Below are positions 36,801 through 51,800 of a stretch of DNA of 64,000 nt, piece by piece. Below the pieces are notes generated by a model. It saw only the letters and a program-made list of their open reading frames with translations, made no database searches and had not been told where the DNA came from. The stretch comes from Phallusia mammillata (lineage: Eukaryota): positions 23,002,001 to 23,066,000 of the forward strand of contig OZ281495.1 in assembly GCA_965637545.1 (NCBI GenBank), written 5' to 3'. Made by a program: the position numbers and the translations under genes. The stretch's first letter is position 1; each line of letters starts with the position of its first letter.

Positions 36801-39800
36801 ACGAACATCGCAAAGTCCTGGAGGTTTACCTTAACCGTGGTCTTGATGTTATCAGGTCAGTTGATTTTCGTTCATGATCTTGGTCCTAATATACCACCAC
36901 TGTGTTGTTCTATGATCGACTGATTGTTGGTGGTTCACGTAGCAATTTGCGATGCTAGATCTGTGGTTAGATCTGTTTGTTTGTCTGCCTACGTATCACC
37001 TTACCGCAAAAATCGCAATTACTGGCACGTTTTTTCTTTTGGTCTGTTTGTGTAAAAACCTATACAGAGATAATTTGCTTGGCAAAGATAAGGTTTTTTT
37101 TAGTTGTTAGTCCAGAATTTACATTTGTATACTGGCGACACGTTGTTATGTTTTACACTCTGAAATTGGCATGTATCTTCTTGCTGAAGATATTTAGAAC
37201 CATGTATTGTGTGCCTAAATACATTTGTAAACTTGTTTTGCTTTTTCATGTGCAAAGTAGGCTTATAACCTTACATATGCATTATATTGAAATTTGTATT
37301 TTCTAACTAAGCGCACCATGCGTTTACATGCTTAAAGGTTGCTGGAGTAACCGTACCCTATGTAAAAATCTCAAAGGGTCGCCTTTCTAAAATATTGTAC
37401 ACTAGTTTATTTAGTTTTTATCAAATTTACAGCTACATCGTTGCGTCCCGTGTTCTCGATGTTCTCGGTCAATATCTCAGCAATGTGCGACACGAGGTGG
37501 CGCCCGGGAGCAACTTGGCGGCTTTTGTCGAAAGCGGACTGAAATTTCTTGAATCGGCCACGTCCTTTGTTACCATGAGGTTACTGTTGTTATTAATTTA
37601 TTCGCGATCTGTTGTTAAGTGACAATCCCTTCAACTTTAAGCGCGTCAATACTTGTCTTGACGTATGTACTGCTAAATTACGTACTTAATGACGTACGTA
37701 TAACATACGTACTGCTAAGTTATGCATGTTTTTTGCTACTTTGCATTTAAAATAGAAGGCTTTTTTGGTATCATTCGGGCCTCTATTTTATAGATTTTGT
37801 TGAATTTATATTCCAACACCTTTTGTACTGAAATTTACGTTTGCGTGTGTCTAATTGACGAAACCTCGTTTTTTTTGCCGTGAAAAAAATCATTAACAAT
37901 CTCCATTTTAGAAACCGTCTGTCGGCCGACAATCACCAGCATGCATCAAAACACAAATCAGCTACAAACAACAACAAGACTACGAGCTGTGAGGGCGATT
38001 CTGCAGTGAACCAGTGGGACAACGACCCCACCCAGCTTCTGCCTACACTTCAGCACACGGAATTAATGGGTATTGTGTCAGTTCTATACGGCCTCCTGCT
38101 CCATGGCGCCCCCGAGAGACCGACGACCCTGAGATCAGCGGCCGAGGACGAGCAAAGAGCTTCGATCCAACCTCAGACCCTCAATGTGGCGCTTGCTGTG
38201 ATGAAAGTTCTCAATGCGGTTGCTGAAATGGATTTGCGCCTTCTACAGGTGTGTTGGTTGGCTAAGTTTAAATTTAAACCCAGTCAGTTTTTTAATAGGC
38301 AAGATCGAAGTCATTCGGTATTGCCATGCAAAAACACCACACATATACCTTATGGCAGTGACGGTATAAGGTGTTGAATACTATTTTTATGCCTCATTTG
38401 TGCGACCCGTTTGTATAACCTACTTGAATATATGCTTTTTATCCAAGATCCCGAATATAACTATAAGGCCCAAACAGAATAATGTACCTACTTTTGTGTG
38501 CAAAATCGAGACAACTCCGAAAACCCAAATAAATGCGTTTCCAATTTTAACAATGCAAAGTATGCCACATACTTGAACAAAAATCGAAATTTCAAATGTC
38601 GAAGTCGTGCACAACAAAACCACTGCAGACGTCTGACTGTTTTCTACTTTCCGCTCATCGGATGTTGTGTTACCGCCTGTACCGGAGGTTGAGAATCAGT
38701 CTCATTTTCGGCCCGGAATCGCTCATATCCCTAGGGGTCAGCGCAACCCACATCTCCGGCATTCTTCCTACTTTCTGCCGATGTTGTTGTTGCGAAGATG
38801 GGCAGACAACCCGGCTCTCTGTGGCTGATTCAATTGCGGATTGTGTAAACAGAGTCTCAGGCGGTCTGCTTGTCAGTCGCCTACAAAATTGCAACTTGGT
38901 TAAATCGGAGGAATTTTTTTGCATAGTTTGAATTGTTTTTCGGGATTTGCATTAAACTTTTATCTACCTGGGTGCCAAACCGTATGCAGTGTCTTGAAAA
39001 CTTTTTGTAGGTGTTCAAAACGAGGCCTTGTAGAAACTAAATTGTAGAAGTACGCAACGAAGAAAGTGATACTCTGTACCTGATCATATGCTTGCATTTT
39101 TGAGTTAACAGTTTGGATGATTGATGACATGTACAGGACCATAACTTAAGTGCATTATGTACGAAGATTTGACTTGAAGCAGAAAGCACTTAAAACCCAA
39201 TCCTAAATTTATTTGCGAAACTAATTTGGTCCCCATGTAATTCTCTTTACGTTAGTAACACTCTTTGCACATATTTTGTCAGAAATTGAAAAAAATCACT
39301 GACAAAATTCATGTAGCGGTTATAGAGGGTCGCAGGTGGTTTGAACCGACCCTCGCGCCTCTAAGTCTAATCATGTTGTGGCGACAATATGCGGGGGCGC
39401 CGACTGCAAACGCCAGGGACGCCTAACACTAACTTCATAAACCATTACCAGCCGCTTGTGCGCCGGTAACATATTTAGGCCCACAACATCGTGCTTGCTC
39501 TCGAGCGACCTCTGTCTGCTGAAGCGTGCACGGTCGCTACGATCTTTCTGTTGACGCAACACGCTCACATTCATCGGGAATGTTACCAAGTCGAGCCACA
39601 TCGTTTGGTGTCTGGTTTCGTTCCGATCTAACCTTGAACATCAGAGCCATGTTTCAGGCGCATGCTCACTTGATATTTTGCCGTATGCGTTACTTCAAAC
39701 AGTGGCTCGACGTTGATGCATTGGAAATAGTTTGAAAGCACCTACGGGAGTTATATATCGCACGCCATTGGATCGTGTTGCTGCCTATGTTTGTATGCCG

Positions 39801-42800
39801 CGTTTACTAAACATTTGAACGTTTTGACACCGTACAACGATTTATAAACATTGATCACTATATGTTGCCCTCTGTCTGTGCTATTTTCGCAGTATATGGC
39901 CACTTTTCGTGCTGTGGTGTAAATCTCCCTAAACTAAGCGATTTGACATGATCATCAAATCTCAGTCTTTAGTCAGTTAGGGGGGGATCACATGTGACTA
40001 AGGCAAGTTTTTTTTAGCTACAAATCTACAAAAATGACTTCAATATTAAAAACACTTGCCCTACACTTTACATGTTCATGTCAGGAAACAAACAACGAAA
40101 AAAAACATTGTTTTGTTGCAGGCTAGTCTCGGAGCAGAGGGAGTTTCATTGGAATACCGGCATATTTGCACCTACCTACTGTGGTACTGTGTACAGGGAG
40201 AGCACACTGAACTGCTGCATGAAGTAATTGTGTCTGTTGGTCACTTCACCCTGGATAATCGTAACAACCAGGTAGGGAAGAAATTTTCCTTCAAATATTT
40301 ATGAAACGTTCATTTTTACGTCCGTGGGATATAATTATTACGATTTCGCAAACATATCGCAAAAATGAGTTTTCAAAATACATACCACAATAATGAAACC
40401 TAAAATACATTTTGGTTTAGACTCTATTCACTTTGCTTGTGCCACACTCGTTTGATTTCACGAACTTTATTACATAATTTCGACATTGGAGTATAAGTAA
40501 AAAAAAAATTTTATTGGATTTTTTAGATATACATTTTAATAGCGATGTGTTACTGCAAAAAAAGGTTGAGATCCAATATACAAAGGTTTCTTGCTCTTAC
40601 CTTGAAAGTTGTGTGCGATATTCCGGTTTCATAAATATGAAGAAATTTTTGTATATAACGTAATGCTTACCAATACGGGTATTTACTGCAAATATTTCAC
40701 CCTATCTTACAAAACACAAGTGTTTCCGCATTTCCCAACAGTATCAATCTTATGTTTACAACGGAACATGCGGCTCTTGTTCCGTCATATTCCAAACAGG
40801 GGGTCGCACACGGGGTTACGACTTGGGTCGGCCCCAACTTCCCCCGTTAACCCACGCTCTCGAAATCCCGACACCCCAAAACGCGACTTTAACGGATTTC
40901 AAAACGCAAAGATGCATCTGCTCGAGAAAGCCGCAGTTTCCTATACCTTATACACGGTTCGTCGGTCTCGATAGATGGCATTGTCAGGAGGCCTTGGCGC
41001 GACGTCCATGTATCCTATTTCGGTCATCAATTTAGCCTTACTCGAGATAAAGCGTCCGGGGTTGTCCATCGTGCGACGGAAGAAGTGGACAGCTTGACCA
41101 CTTGTGTGACGACAGCTGTGTTTGGCGTTGACGCGTTAATCCTATGTAAATGTTTGAGGATTGTGGGTTTTTGGCTTTGGATCTGACTGTGGTGCATTAG
41201 TCACGGCTTCTTGTTGAGATCTTGTCTGAGTGGAGTATGGGACGTGATTGTGCTCCAAAGTTTTTCGTTTTTTTTCTTGGTTATTTTTTGCAAAGTTTTA
41301 GATTCTTTTGTCTTCTTGCAATGGGATGCAAGACTAGATTTGCTGGTTTATGTTCCAGGCAAAATACATGCCCTTCGTAAAATGGAGAAAAAAATTATTG
41401 TACTTAAAAGCGATGGCTAGTAGTGTTCTTAGGAATAGATTGTGATCTGTAACATAACGTTTAAGTAAAATTGATTCCAGTTTCAGCATACTTCTTGTTT
41501 CACCACAATCGTCATGACACGTAAATAATTAAATACCCGGCCGGAGAGATGTATTTGCGTACAAGAGTGCGTCGACTTTCTTACATGCAAATCAACAACT
41601 CGGCTGTACACAGATTCTCCATAAAGATTATTAAAAATTGTATTTATTTTACACAAAACCACACAAGTGTGACTTACACTTGTCTACCATGCTGGAATTC
41701 TTGTATAAACTTCGACTTCACACGCATGAAACCGTTACATCACCGTTCGTGTTTGTGCCCCCCTGGAAAGCCGCTTGTTAATGAGCAGACTGGCTGCAGT
41801 ATGTTGTAACCAACACCTACCGCACGTCAGTCTTTATCACAAGATTTATGTTCGCCGTCCTCAGTAACGGAAACCCTATAACCCCAAAGATCCCACCGTC
41901 TGTCTTCGCCCTTGGTCGATGCCAGACGCTCGTTACCTGCCTGTACTATAGACTCGTGATTGTTCATCAGCAGGTGTGATATCAACTGCAAAAACAAGCT
42001 GTTATTTAACCCCATGCTGTTATTTAAGAAGCGGAAAATCGCCCTAGTTATGCAGAGCCCATCCTAATCGTAGCTAACTTATTTCCGCCTTTACCTTTGC
42101 TAAAACGGCACTTCACCCCCAACGATGCATTTAGGTAAAAACCTGCCTGATTTAAAGACGTAATTAGGTGCATGGGTTACGAATTACCAGGATTCCTGGC
42201 GGGGTGACTGGCGGAACGGACAATTTTCTTGTTCATGGTTTCGCGCGTGACACCCCATCCAGGGGGCCAATTTTCGATGTTGGGGGTCGAAGCAGCCTCA
42301 GGGGAGCCAAAAGAGGGGCCGGTGGGTGTTTGCACATAAACACACAAGCGCGTCGTAGCAGTGTGCCCCGCATAAAGGGTTAAACCAACACTTTCTGGTC
42401 GACCTGTAACAAGCTTAGGCGTTTTGTGTCGACCTTACGAGCGCTGCTAACGAAACATTGCACCACCGCTTGACACTGATCCGTTATAATCATGCACGCT
42501 ACGTCTTCTTGCTTTTCACTCTTGTTGTTTTTTCAACTTCGCACTTGGGGTGATATCGTGAACGATAATATGGTGGTAAACGCTCTCGTTCGCAAGTAGC
42601 TTACAGCAGGTGTCTACAAATACTTCTGGCGCGACCCACAGGCCCCTGCGACCCTTGTAAGCACACAAAAGTTATTGCGAATGAATACATTTTTTCCCTT
42701 GTGATAGTTGTAAACGCGGGTTACTAAGTTTAATAAAATAACTCGTACTAATTACAGGAAAATACCGTTTTCGTGCAAATCTCTGGTTTTGATGCAAACT

Positions 42801-45800
42801 TATTAACAATCAGCACGTATTATGCGTAATTTAGTCAAACTGTGACATAGAAACATACATTAGAAAATTCGTTCTGCGACAATAAAACAATCTGCCACAA
42901 ACGATAACAGTAATAAAAAACAAAACAGATTCTCTCGTTGTCTATCCCGTACTTTAACAAACTAAAAATTGCGTCAGATTTGGTCATTTATACATAAACA
43001 CATTTAGATTTTTGCGACCAAAGTCGAACCACTCTTTATGGATCCCCGACTTTGTTTCGATTTCGTATTGTTTGAATTTGAATAGCTTAGCGTTTTTCTC
43101 CAAGCAATTTTGATTTCCCATATTCACTACGCAGTGTCCAAACAGCAAAGCGATTCTTAGCAGGTGAATTTTAGGTTACATACATTTTGTTTATTCGAGG
43201 TCTGCTTAAAGTGATGGCAATCATAGATGATGTAAAGTGTTGATCTTGGCCAAATTATACTTTTTGTCTGTAAATACCCACAAGATTGGGGGTCTATAGG
43301 TCATTGCGATTTGTGGAAACAATGGGACCTTTGTACACAAACGGCGCTTGACCATAGGCGAGGGTTTCAATTGGGTCGTTAGCTTTATACTGCCTTTATA
43401 ATTGGCGTGACAAGTGAAGCACCCGGAATTCGCAACATGGCCGTAATAGGCTTGACATCAGCTGTCGCACCAAATGCCTGTTAGTCCAACAATTGGCTTT
43501 CGGCAAAGTCCAGTGATGGGGACGATTGAAGATTCAGTAAAGGTCAGAGGTCGCGCGGGTTGGCGTGACAACACACACCGGACAGGCACCCTCGCTGGGA
43601 GTCTCTGTCTTCCAGTGGCCGTGACCTGCCGACGGACGAGTCAGCTATCTCTCAGCCTCATCTTTACCCACCCACTCAATCCGCACCCCGTCAGTGGCAC
43701 CGGAACACGGATCACCTCAAGGTCTTATTTTCTCATCCTCAGCCCCGGCGCGCCGAGCCCCGATGACAGATGCACCGTGGACAGCCCACATAGGCACAAC
43801 CCTTCATGCTCTGCCGCCTCCCGTCCACCCAGCTGTCCCTCGCACCACTGACCGTGCCACGGGCCTGAACCCCCCAACCGCTGTTCGTGGTCTGTTTGCA
43901 AAGATACATCGCGTGCCCGGCCATTGATTTTTAGGCTTCGGCCTTCTTGTGTTTCGCGCTTGCCCAGTGCTGTTGCGATATTTATCTGCTTAGGGGTCGC
44001 GTTACCGAGCGCTTGACCGCACGGACTCCGACTTGCATGGTGGTCGCCACTGATTGATCCGCGGCACCGAATCTTTGCCTTAAAGTTTGGTCCATTTTGT
44101 GACCTGTGCCATATTATGTAAGCAATTAAAGTTGTTTTGTGAATGTCTCAGTTAAGTTACTATTACCGCAGCTTCGATAATATTTACCTATAGGGATTTA
44201 TAGCTTCGATAGGGATTTATAGCACACATTTTGTATTTTTTGTGAGGCATACACAATTTATCCCCAGAACATTCATAATCTATAGACAGTTGACAGAAAA
44301 CTCAAACATACTCGGTCTCACGCCCAAAGCATTTTTCTTGTTTTAAGTTGGGACACTGGGTTTATTCCACTGGGGAAGAGTCCTAAATTTAGCAGAAATA
44401 CATCTGTTTAAACTAAGACGAGATTAAAATACGCAGCCTTGCGGGCAAAGTGGTCGAACTAACTGCTTGGCCATCCTTGCAATTTTGTGCGCAGTGTGCA
44501 ACTGAACAAACATATACTCTATACAACGATTTTTGCTCAAAACCCCACTAAAACCCACACGAGACTTTTTTACTCAATATTTGTTCATGGCTTAACATTG
44601 AATCCAGCAGTGACCCGTTGTGGATTAAAAGGTCACACTAGATTTGAATGTCACTCGGGGTCAAAGGTGACTTGTACTTTGTATAGCTTTTGTCTTGTGT
44701 TGTTGCTTCATGGGGTTGCATTTCGTCATTTCACATAGCAACACATGCGTAGAGTTGGATGCATGAGTGCTACATCATTGGTCGAAGTTTGACGAACGTA
44801 TTTGCTATGCGGTTTTCTTAGCTGTTGCGGTGATTGGAACTCACACATCAAGTAACACCAGTTGCATATTGCATTAAGGCCTGTTTGGCAGAACCTGTTG
44901 TGTGAAGGTTTCTCTAAAATTTTGGGCAAAAATGTTTCCTTAGATTTTTCTGAGTTTTTGGTAACAAGGATTTTTGTAATCTGTCGAGTATATATTTTTG
45001 GGTACTTGTAAAAGATAAATTAAAACAATAAAGTACTTTAATCGAAACATATGGTGATGCTAACAACTAAACCTTGCAGCCAACTAACAGTTTTACTCTA
45101 TGTGTTGCATTGTCCGTCAGTATACACAACACGGTCTTCTTTCGACCTGTACTGAACCCAACCGCTGTGGTGCAGCTTGTCCCTGGGAGGATTGTATGCA
45201 GAAGATCGTGCGGTGAAAGTGGCCTTGTCATCCACAAATGTTTGCGGTGAAACCCTACGCACGTCAATCAAGCAATTGTCGTCATCGCTCGCCCACGGGG
45301 TCAGGCGCAATACATTAGGGAGCACGAACAATGTGCGAACTGTTGCTACACAGTCGAGCCCATAGTTGATTTCAATTCGCCAAATTAGTTGCCACCAACT
45401 TGTTTTGCTGCCGTGGACAGCAAAAGACAGGCACTGTTTTGTGGCACCAGTCGCTCCTCGTCGGGGCACCGGGGTAAAGGTCGCGGTTAACGGTCTCGTT
45501 ACCGTGTTTGGCAACTTCGAGCCACCGCGGCCGCCATTGATAATCTTGACACAACACTGTCCGAACATTACTTGGTCCCACAAGAATCGCATGCAGTCTG
45601 AGTTGGAATTATTTGCGTACACACAAGGCGAAGTCATCGCCTGTTTTCTTCGGCGCCCTGACGAGCCGATAGAATTGACAAACCGTCGTTGACTGCGGTC
45701 TAGGTAATGTGATGGCAAAACAAGCTTGGCATTTGCATTGGTCGTTCGTCGACTGCCGGCGGTTGAAACTTTACTCCCAACTCTCTGATTGTAATGTTTT

Positions 45801-48800
45801 TTAGGCGCCAAAACTCACATCGCATGTTGTCAAACGTCGAACCGCCGCTGCAGTTATTTGTTCTCGGGCGTTTCGAGGTAACTAAAATCCATAAGGTGTC
45901 GCTGCTGAGCTGTGTTTTTACTCGTGTTATTCCCAAAGCTAGATTCTTGCGCAAAATGTTATTGTTTTGTGAATTTAAAAATATTTAGAAAACCGCGACA
46001 TAACTTGGCTGGACTTAAACTAATTATACAAGAATATGTCGGTTATGTTTAAATAATTATTCTGTGTCATATTGTTAATTAAACAATTATTGTGCGGTCA
46101 CCATTATTATAATCAATATTGCATTAAGATCCGAATGGTGGTTTTACCAACAGTTTAATTTTAGGTTGTTTTCGACGGTTTCAACCAGTGAGTAAATTTA
46201 AGCGGAGCTGTTTCTGCAACTTTGCTTACACTGCTTTTGCTTTTCATGTAGATTTTGAAAGTTGGCCATTTTTAAACGGACTTTCTCGTGAGTACTACAG
46301 TTCGGTAGCGCCTATTCGAGTACTTTTTGTGGCGTTGACGCGCGACAAGCTGTTTGTTCTGGCGTGTTTCGCTTGTCACTGAGATGAGCCGATCACCGGC
46401 GTCATTCTCCAACCAGGCAAGTTTCCTGTGCGTGATTTCAGGACAGCGCGGCAGCTTATGTTACCGCCCATACATGCTTGCACGTTCCGTCACCGTGCCT
46501 CAGTTTTATTGACTGTGGAAAACTGACTGAGAGGCGATGAAGGATTTGCCGTCAGCAGGTAGCACGCATCGTAACATTGTTGCTGATTGAAACGATTTGT
46601 TCACCCGTGCGTCTGATGTTTTATATGATTACCTGAATGGAAAAAGTTGTGACATGAAAAAGGGTGCATGTACGGTTTAAATGCCCATCGTACTGTTGAT
46701 TTGTTTTATTACTTGCCTTTTCCCTCCTGAATATCTTTGTGAACCGTATGCTTCCAACTTTGTAAACAAAATTGCGCAACTTTCAAAAACTTTATCACCC
46801 TTGCACTCAATGTCAAACATAAGACTTTGTTTTAATCGATGTTGCATAAGTTTTGCTGTCTTGAAGTTGAAATCCTGCAGTCATCTACTTTATCACATCA
46901 AAGTTTACTTCTCAACGTTTAAAATTCACTTACCAATTACAAAAATAAATCATGCGAGTTTAACATGCCTGCACCAATTATCCGTGATTTCTCGCGCAAA
47001 AGTACATCTGGCTATGCCACATTGAAACCAAAAGCTCGGAAGACTGATTGCTTGTTGCAGTGACGCTTCCCCGGTCCTCAAACACGCCGCCACCGCTCAT
47101 TGGTCAAATTAATATCACGTGGTTGTTGATGTTTTGACTTGCTCTTGCCAAATGTTTTGAAACCTTAGACAGGCGTTTAGTGCTACAGAAGCGAAAATTT
47201 TTTTGGGCGAGATTTTTGTGGTTTTGTGTGCGTTTGTTTTACCGTTTTCTACAGGTGTTATAACTTCCGTAATTGCCGGTTTCTGAATTCGAACCTACAT
47301 CTGTTGATTGACGCCCTTTGTTTTTGCATTTCGCTCCTTAATGTTGCTATCGGAGTTATCGTTAGAAGCGAGTCCATGAAATACCGAGGCCGTTTCGGTT
47401 TCCCACTGCACGTGTCAAATTGGAGATCGTTTGTGCGCGCAATTCTGTTGTTTTCAAAATTGTGGTTAGCGTTTCAAATGTTAACACCGTTTACTAAACC
47501 CAGAAAACCTTACAAGCCGTCAACTCACCACTGAAAATATTTGCCATAAAACGTTAAACAAATATTTTTGGTTTCTTTTCTCAACAACGTTTCTTTTTCT
47601 CAACTATGGTTTATTAAAATGTCCTCATGTAAATGCAGTAAACTTCGGTCAATTCGGACCCGTTTGGACAAAAAAAGTGTTTTGTTTAAAAATTAACCGA
47701 TGTCGGTTAGTTAAAGCCTTACCACATTACAAAGTTTTTTTCCGAATTAGGCGAAGATCCTGGTTTACCGAATCCAGTTTAACCGAGATTTACTGTGATA
47801 CAAGGTAACTTATAATTGGTATTAATCTTTTATCATATTAAATTGCAGAACATTGTTGATTCCGGTGCACAACCCACTGTTCTCCAGCAACTATGTCTGC
47901 TGCCGTTTGCCTACTTCAGCAGTGCTAAACCCATGCGGATTTTGCTTCCTACTCTTATCGCTTGTTGCCACGACAACCCGTCCAATCTGACCATCATGGA
48001 GCAAGAAGCCAGCGCGTCTTTGCTGATCAATTTTATACAAGTAAGAAGAAATGTTTTGAGTACTTTAGGGCGGCAGTCATAATTTTTTTGACTAAAGTCA
48101 TTTTACTTTTAAACCCTGTTTCTTTAAAACGTTTTAGTAGAATTTTTGTTTCAGTAAAATGTTTTGTATAAGGTTTAGACCAGCGGTGCGCAACCTTTTT
48201 CGTCGGTGGGCCATATAACCAATTTCAGACATGAAGCGAGGGCCACACAATGTTTTTCATGTACCGTATTTACGTTTTTTTACCCTACTGTTGGTGCGGC
48301 TTGCATTATAATGTCATGTCGACTATATTTCCACACCCCTGCGTTTTGTTTTATTTTGCATTTAAAATCAAGTTGAAAATGTTGGTAGAGCTACTAACAC
48401 CATAACGAGAATCACACCCAAAAGTCGATTGGTTATATCTCCAAAAATGCTCACGGTTAGGGCTATTAGGGTCGGGGTAAGGTATAAGCACTTAAAATTC
48501 AATAAAACTAACCCAAAAAATTAGTTACTAATGTAAAAATGTTATGTAAATATTTCCCAATCCAACCCATTTCTAGCCGCTAAATAAAAATTCAGTTCTT
48601 TACGCCCCCTTGTGAAAGCGAAGTTGTGATTCTTGTTATGGTGTTAGCAGCTCTACCGAAAATGTTAGGTGCAGGTAAGTTTCGTCGCAACACTGTCTTT
48701 CACAACAAAGTAATTGTTTACTAGCCAAAGAAGTATATTACGTCACATTCGGTATAGATGCGCAACAACCACGTAGTTCGAATAGAAGACCACAGGTCTC

Positions 48801-51800
48801 AGTTAATCAAGTTCCAAGTGCTGGTTTAGCTTATTCTTGTTACGTATAGCAACTTAGGAGATTTACTGAAAACTAGCGGGGATTTTTTGCTAAAATGTGC
48901 ATTTTTACTTGCTCTGAATCAGAGTGTTGTTGGGCGCCACACTAAACGACTGGACGGGCCGGATTGTGGCCCGCGGGTTGCACACCCCTGGTTTAGACCA
49001 TCCACTAATTGATCTTAATGAATATCAGAGTAGAATTAGAGTATACACAGAACGGCTTTTTTGACCACAATACACCTTGATTATGGTATTTTTTGTTTTT
49101 TCGCTCACTTTCATTCATGTTTAACGATAAACGTATTTCGGTATTCCCTGTTTGATATTCGTCTATCGTCAAAAAACAAAACAATAGCCATCCCTTCACA
49201 ATAAATTTAGGTTGCATAGAAAAAGAATCAAATTTCGCTTCATCGGCACGTGCCAAGCGCGTATCGTGCGTCAGCAGCCATTTTACCCTCCCATCATCTA
49301 TCTCTGTTTGCGCCGTGCTTCTGGTTCGAGTTTCGTGCAAAAATGGGCAGAAACGACCACACATGGTTTCATTGAAAGCGGCCAATGCTTCGGTGGCACA
49401 AGGCTATCGTTTGAAGCATGCATTTAAACAATGAGCTTCAACCTCACGACAGGGCGTTTACTCTTTCCAAGATTCAAAACTGTGGCGACCCCGCATAGGA
49501 GAATTGGCCGAACTGTGGTCACAAATTGTTGTCCCACCCCCGTCTGCAACCACAATAAAGCTTAGACTTTTTGCTCCAGAGTTTTCTCCCAATTGTTGGT
49601 GAAGTCCTGTTGCGCCTTCACTAATTTACTTTTTGTATGGAAAACGTTTTTATCACGAAATTTAAACTGGCTGTGTGTTACTTATTGTTATCTATCCAGG
49701 TATTTTGACAATTTTGACCGAAATAAACTTTATAGGATGAACGTACGTTGCAAAATACATAAGTTTTGAACAAAATGTGCTAATATTGGAACCACTGGAA
49801 ATATTATTGTTTTTAAATAACTTTAGGTAATGTGTGCGTCTATTCTTATTAGTCCAGTTTTTCAGTTGTTATCGAAGCAGATTCTCAACATAATTACGGA
49901 ATTTTGGGCAGAAAAGCTTATTTATTGAAAACGTGACACAAAGCACAAATGTAACAAATGTTTTTTATGTAAAATTCCAATACATTCCCAGTCCGAAAGA
50001 CTTGACCTATTGGGAATATTCAGGCAGAAAATGGTGATGACTTACTATTTAAAAAAGTTCGAAAATACTTTTGCCACATTCCCGGCACACAGTGATGCGA
50101 TCGTTTACTAATATTTGCGAATCCATCACCTTACCGTGTTATTTTAACCTTCGGCTCGCGGTTCCAGCCCTGGAGTGCCTGACGCGCATCTTTTGACGCA
50201 AACTCTCTGATGGTGACCTCATCGGGCGACTTTGATCATCCGTTTATTTGCGTGCTACAAGGGGAGACTTTGTTAAGGACCTGCAGATGTTGTTTACATG
50301 TTAGATGCTTGATCTAACCAACGACAAATCTGTCAGCAATTGTTTTGTCGAAAATAGGGAAAACTGTACAAAACATCTTTTTGTTTTTTGTAACAGTCGA
50401 CTTGCAAAACAGGATGACAACTTATGTGGTATGTATATGGTTACGTAATGTATTTCGAATAATAGAATGCAATACCACAAGACGTGGAATGGAAAATATT
50501 AGAATGAAAAATATAAAATAGAATCAAAAGATTTGTCATAAACAGTGATCGTCAATGACCATGCTGTCTCTGGGAGGATCTGGTACCTTTCAGTATAATC
50601 ACTCTTAGTTTAATGCTACGTGAGATTGCGTCGGACAAATAACACAAAAAATTTCGAGGGTTTAGAAATAAAGGGAGATGAATCTCCCTAAATTTTGCAT
50701 CAGCTACATAGTTTCGTCTCAGCAGACCGACAGTGCAAACAAAACACCTTATACTCTGTTATTCCCCAAACAAGGAAACAAAAGGTGCGTTGACGAATCT
50801 TGCCCCTGAAACACCCCAAACTTCGCACATCGCTACATTGAAACCACATCAAAATGCCTTCGTGTGCCCCCACCCAAAACACACCGACCCTGGCGCAGTG
50901 TGTAGTCACGACACTTGCGACCGCACCTCCCGGCCGAGACCTGCTTCCAAGTAATGGTTTCACACTTGTCTGTCATCCGGATTGTCCGAGTTGTTTCATC
51001 GCGACGCGCTCGTGACAACGCGCACAAGCCACCCGTGTTGTGTTTATGCGCCAGTCGTTAACCCCACATTAAACCCCCGCTTTGTCGCTGCACGGGTGAG
51101 GGCGCCCCCATGGCGCCTTCGGGTGGCCTCACCTCAGGGTCCCGACCCCGTTTTTCAAGCCCCAGTCGACAGGTTCTTCGTTTGCCGAACGTGACCGATT
51201 TTGCTACATCGTCCGTACAGTGAAAGTTACACTTAACGCATGTTGATTGCTGTGGCGCGTTTAGCGTTGAAGCCCAAACACGCGGCCTGCGCCCGAAAAT
51301 GGAACATTCCTCTGCTTGTTTGCCGTTAGGTTCTTCCGCCGCGACCCCTAATTGTAAACCTACACCCCTCTTTCCCACGCCGTCCCCTCACCCCCACCCA
51401 GCGCTAGCGATCCAGGTTCCGTTTCAGCTCCAATGACCCCTTGCTGTTGCTCCAACTGTCAATACTTGTGTATACAATTAGGAACCAACGTTTGGGGAAA
51501 AAGCGAAAGCAAACACTGAGGTCTATGACGGCCGTGACAACACTGTGTGTGCGTTTCTTGCATGCAAAACCGACGTATACATATGTATACATATGATCCT
51601 TGCGCACAAAAAACTTTAATTACTTTTTTACACGTCGGCAAAAATGCTTTATTACTTCCGAGGTACAACAGCGGTTTGTTACGGGCAGTTTTTTATGTTG
51701 ATAAATTATTTGCAATACAAAGAGGTTATTGCAGTCACGTAGTATTGTGGTGACACCGGTAGCTCGCAAACACTCAACAGTATGAATGACCGCCTTGTTC

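Noticed and set aside
42000-42385. piggyBac-like MITE bounded by TTAACCC / GGGTTAA
   Set aside because: Ends match for only about 7 bp and do not form a TIR.
50070-50215. Box C/D snoRNA (GTGATGCG ... CTGA)
   Set aside because: Imperfect C box and no terminal stem or recognisable guide.
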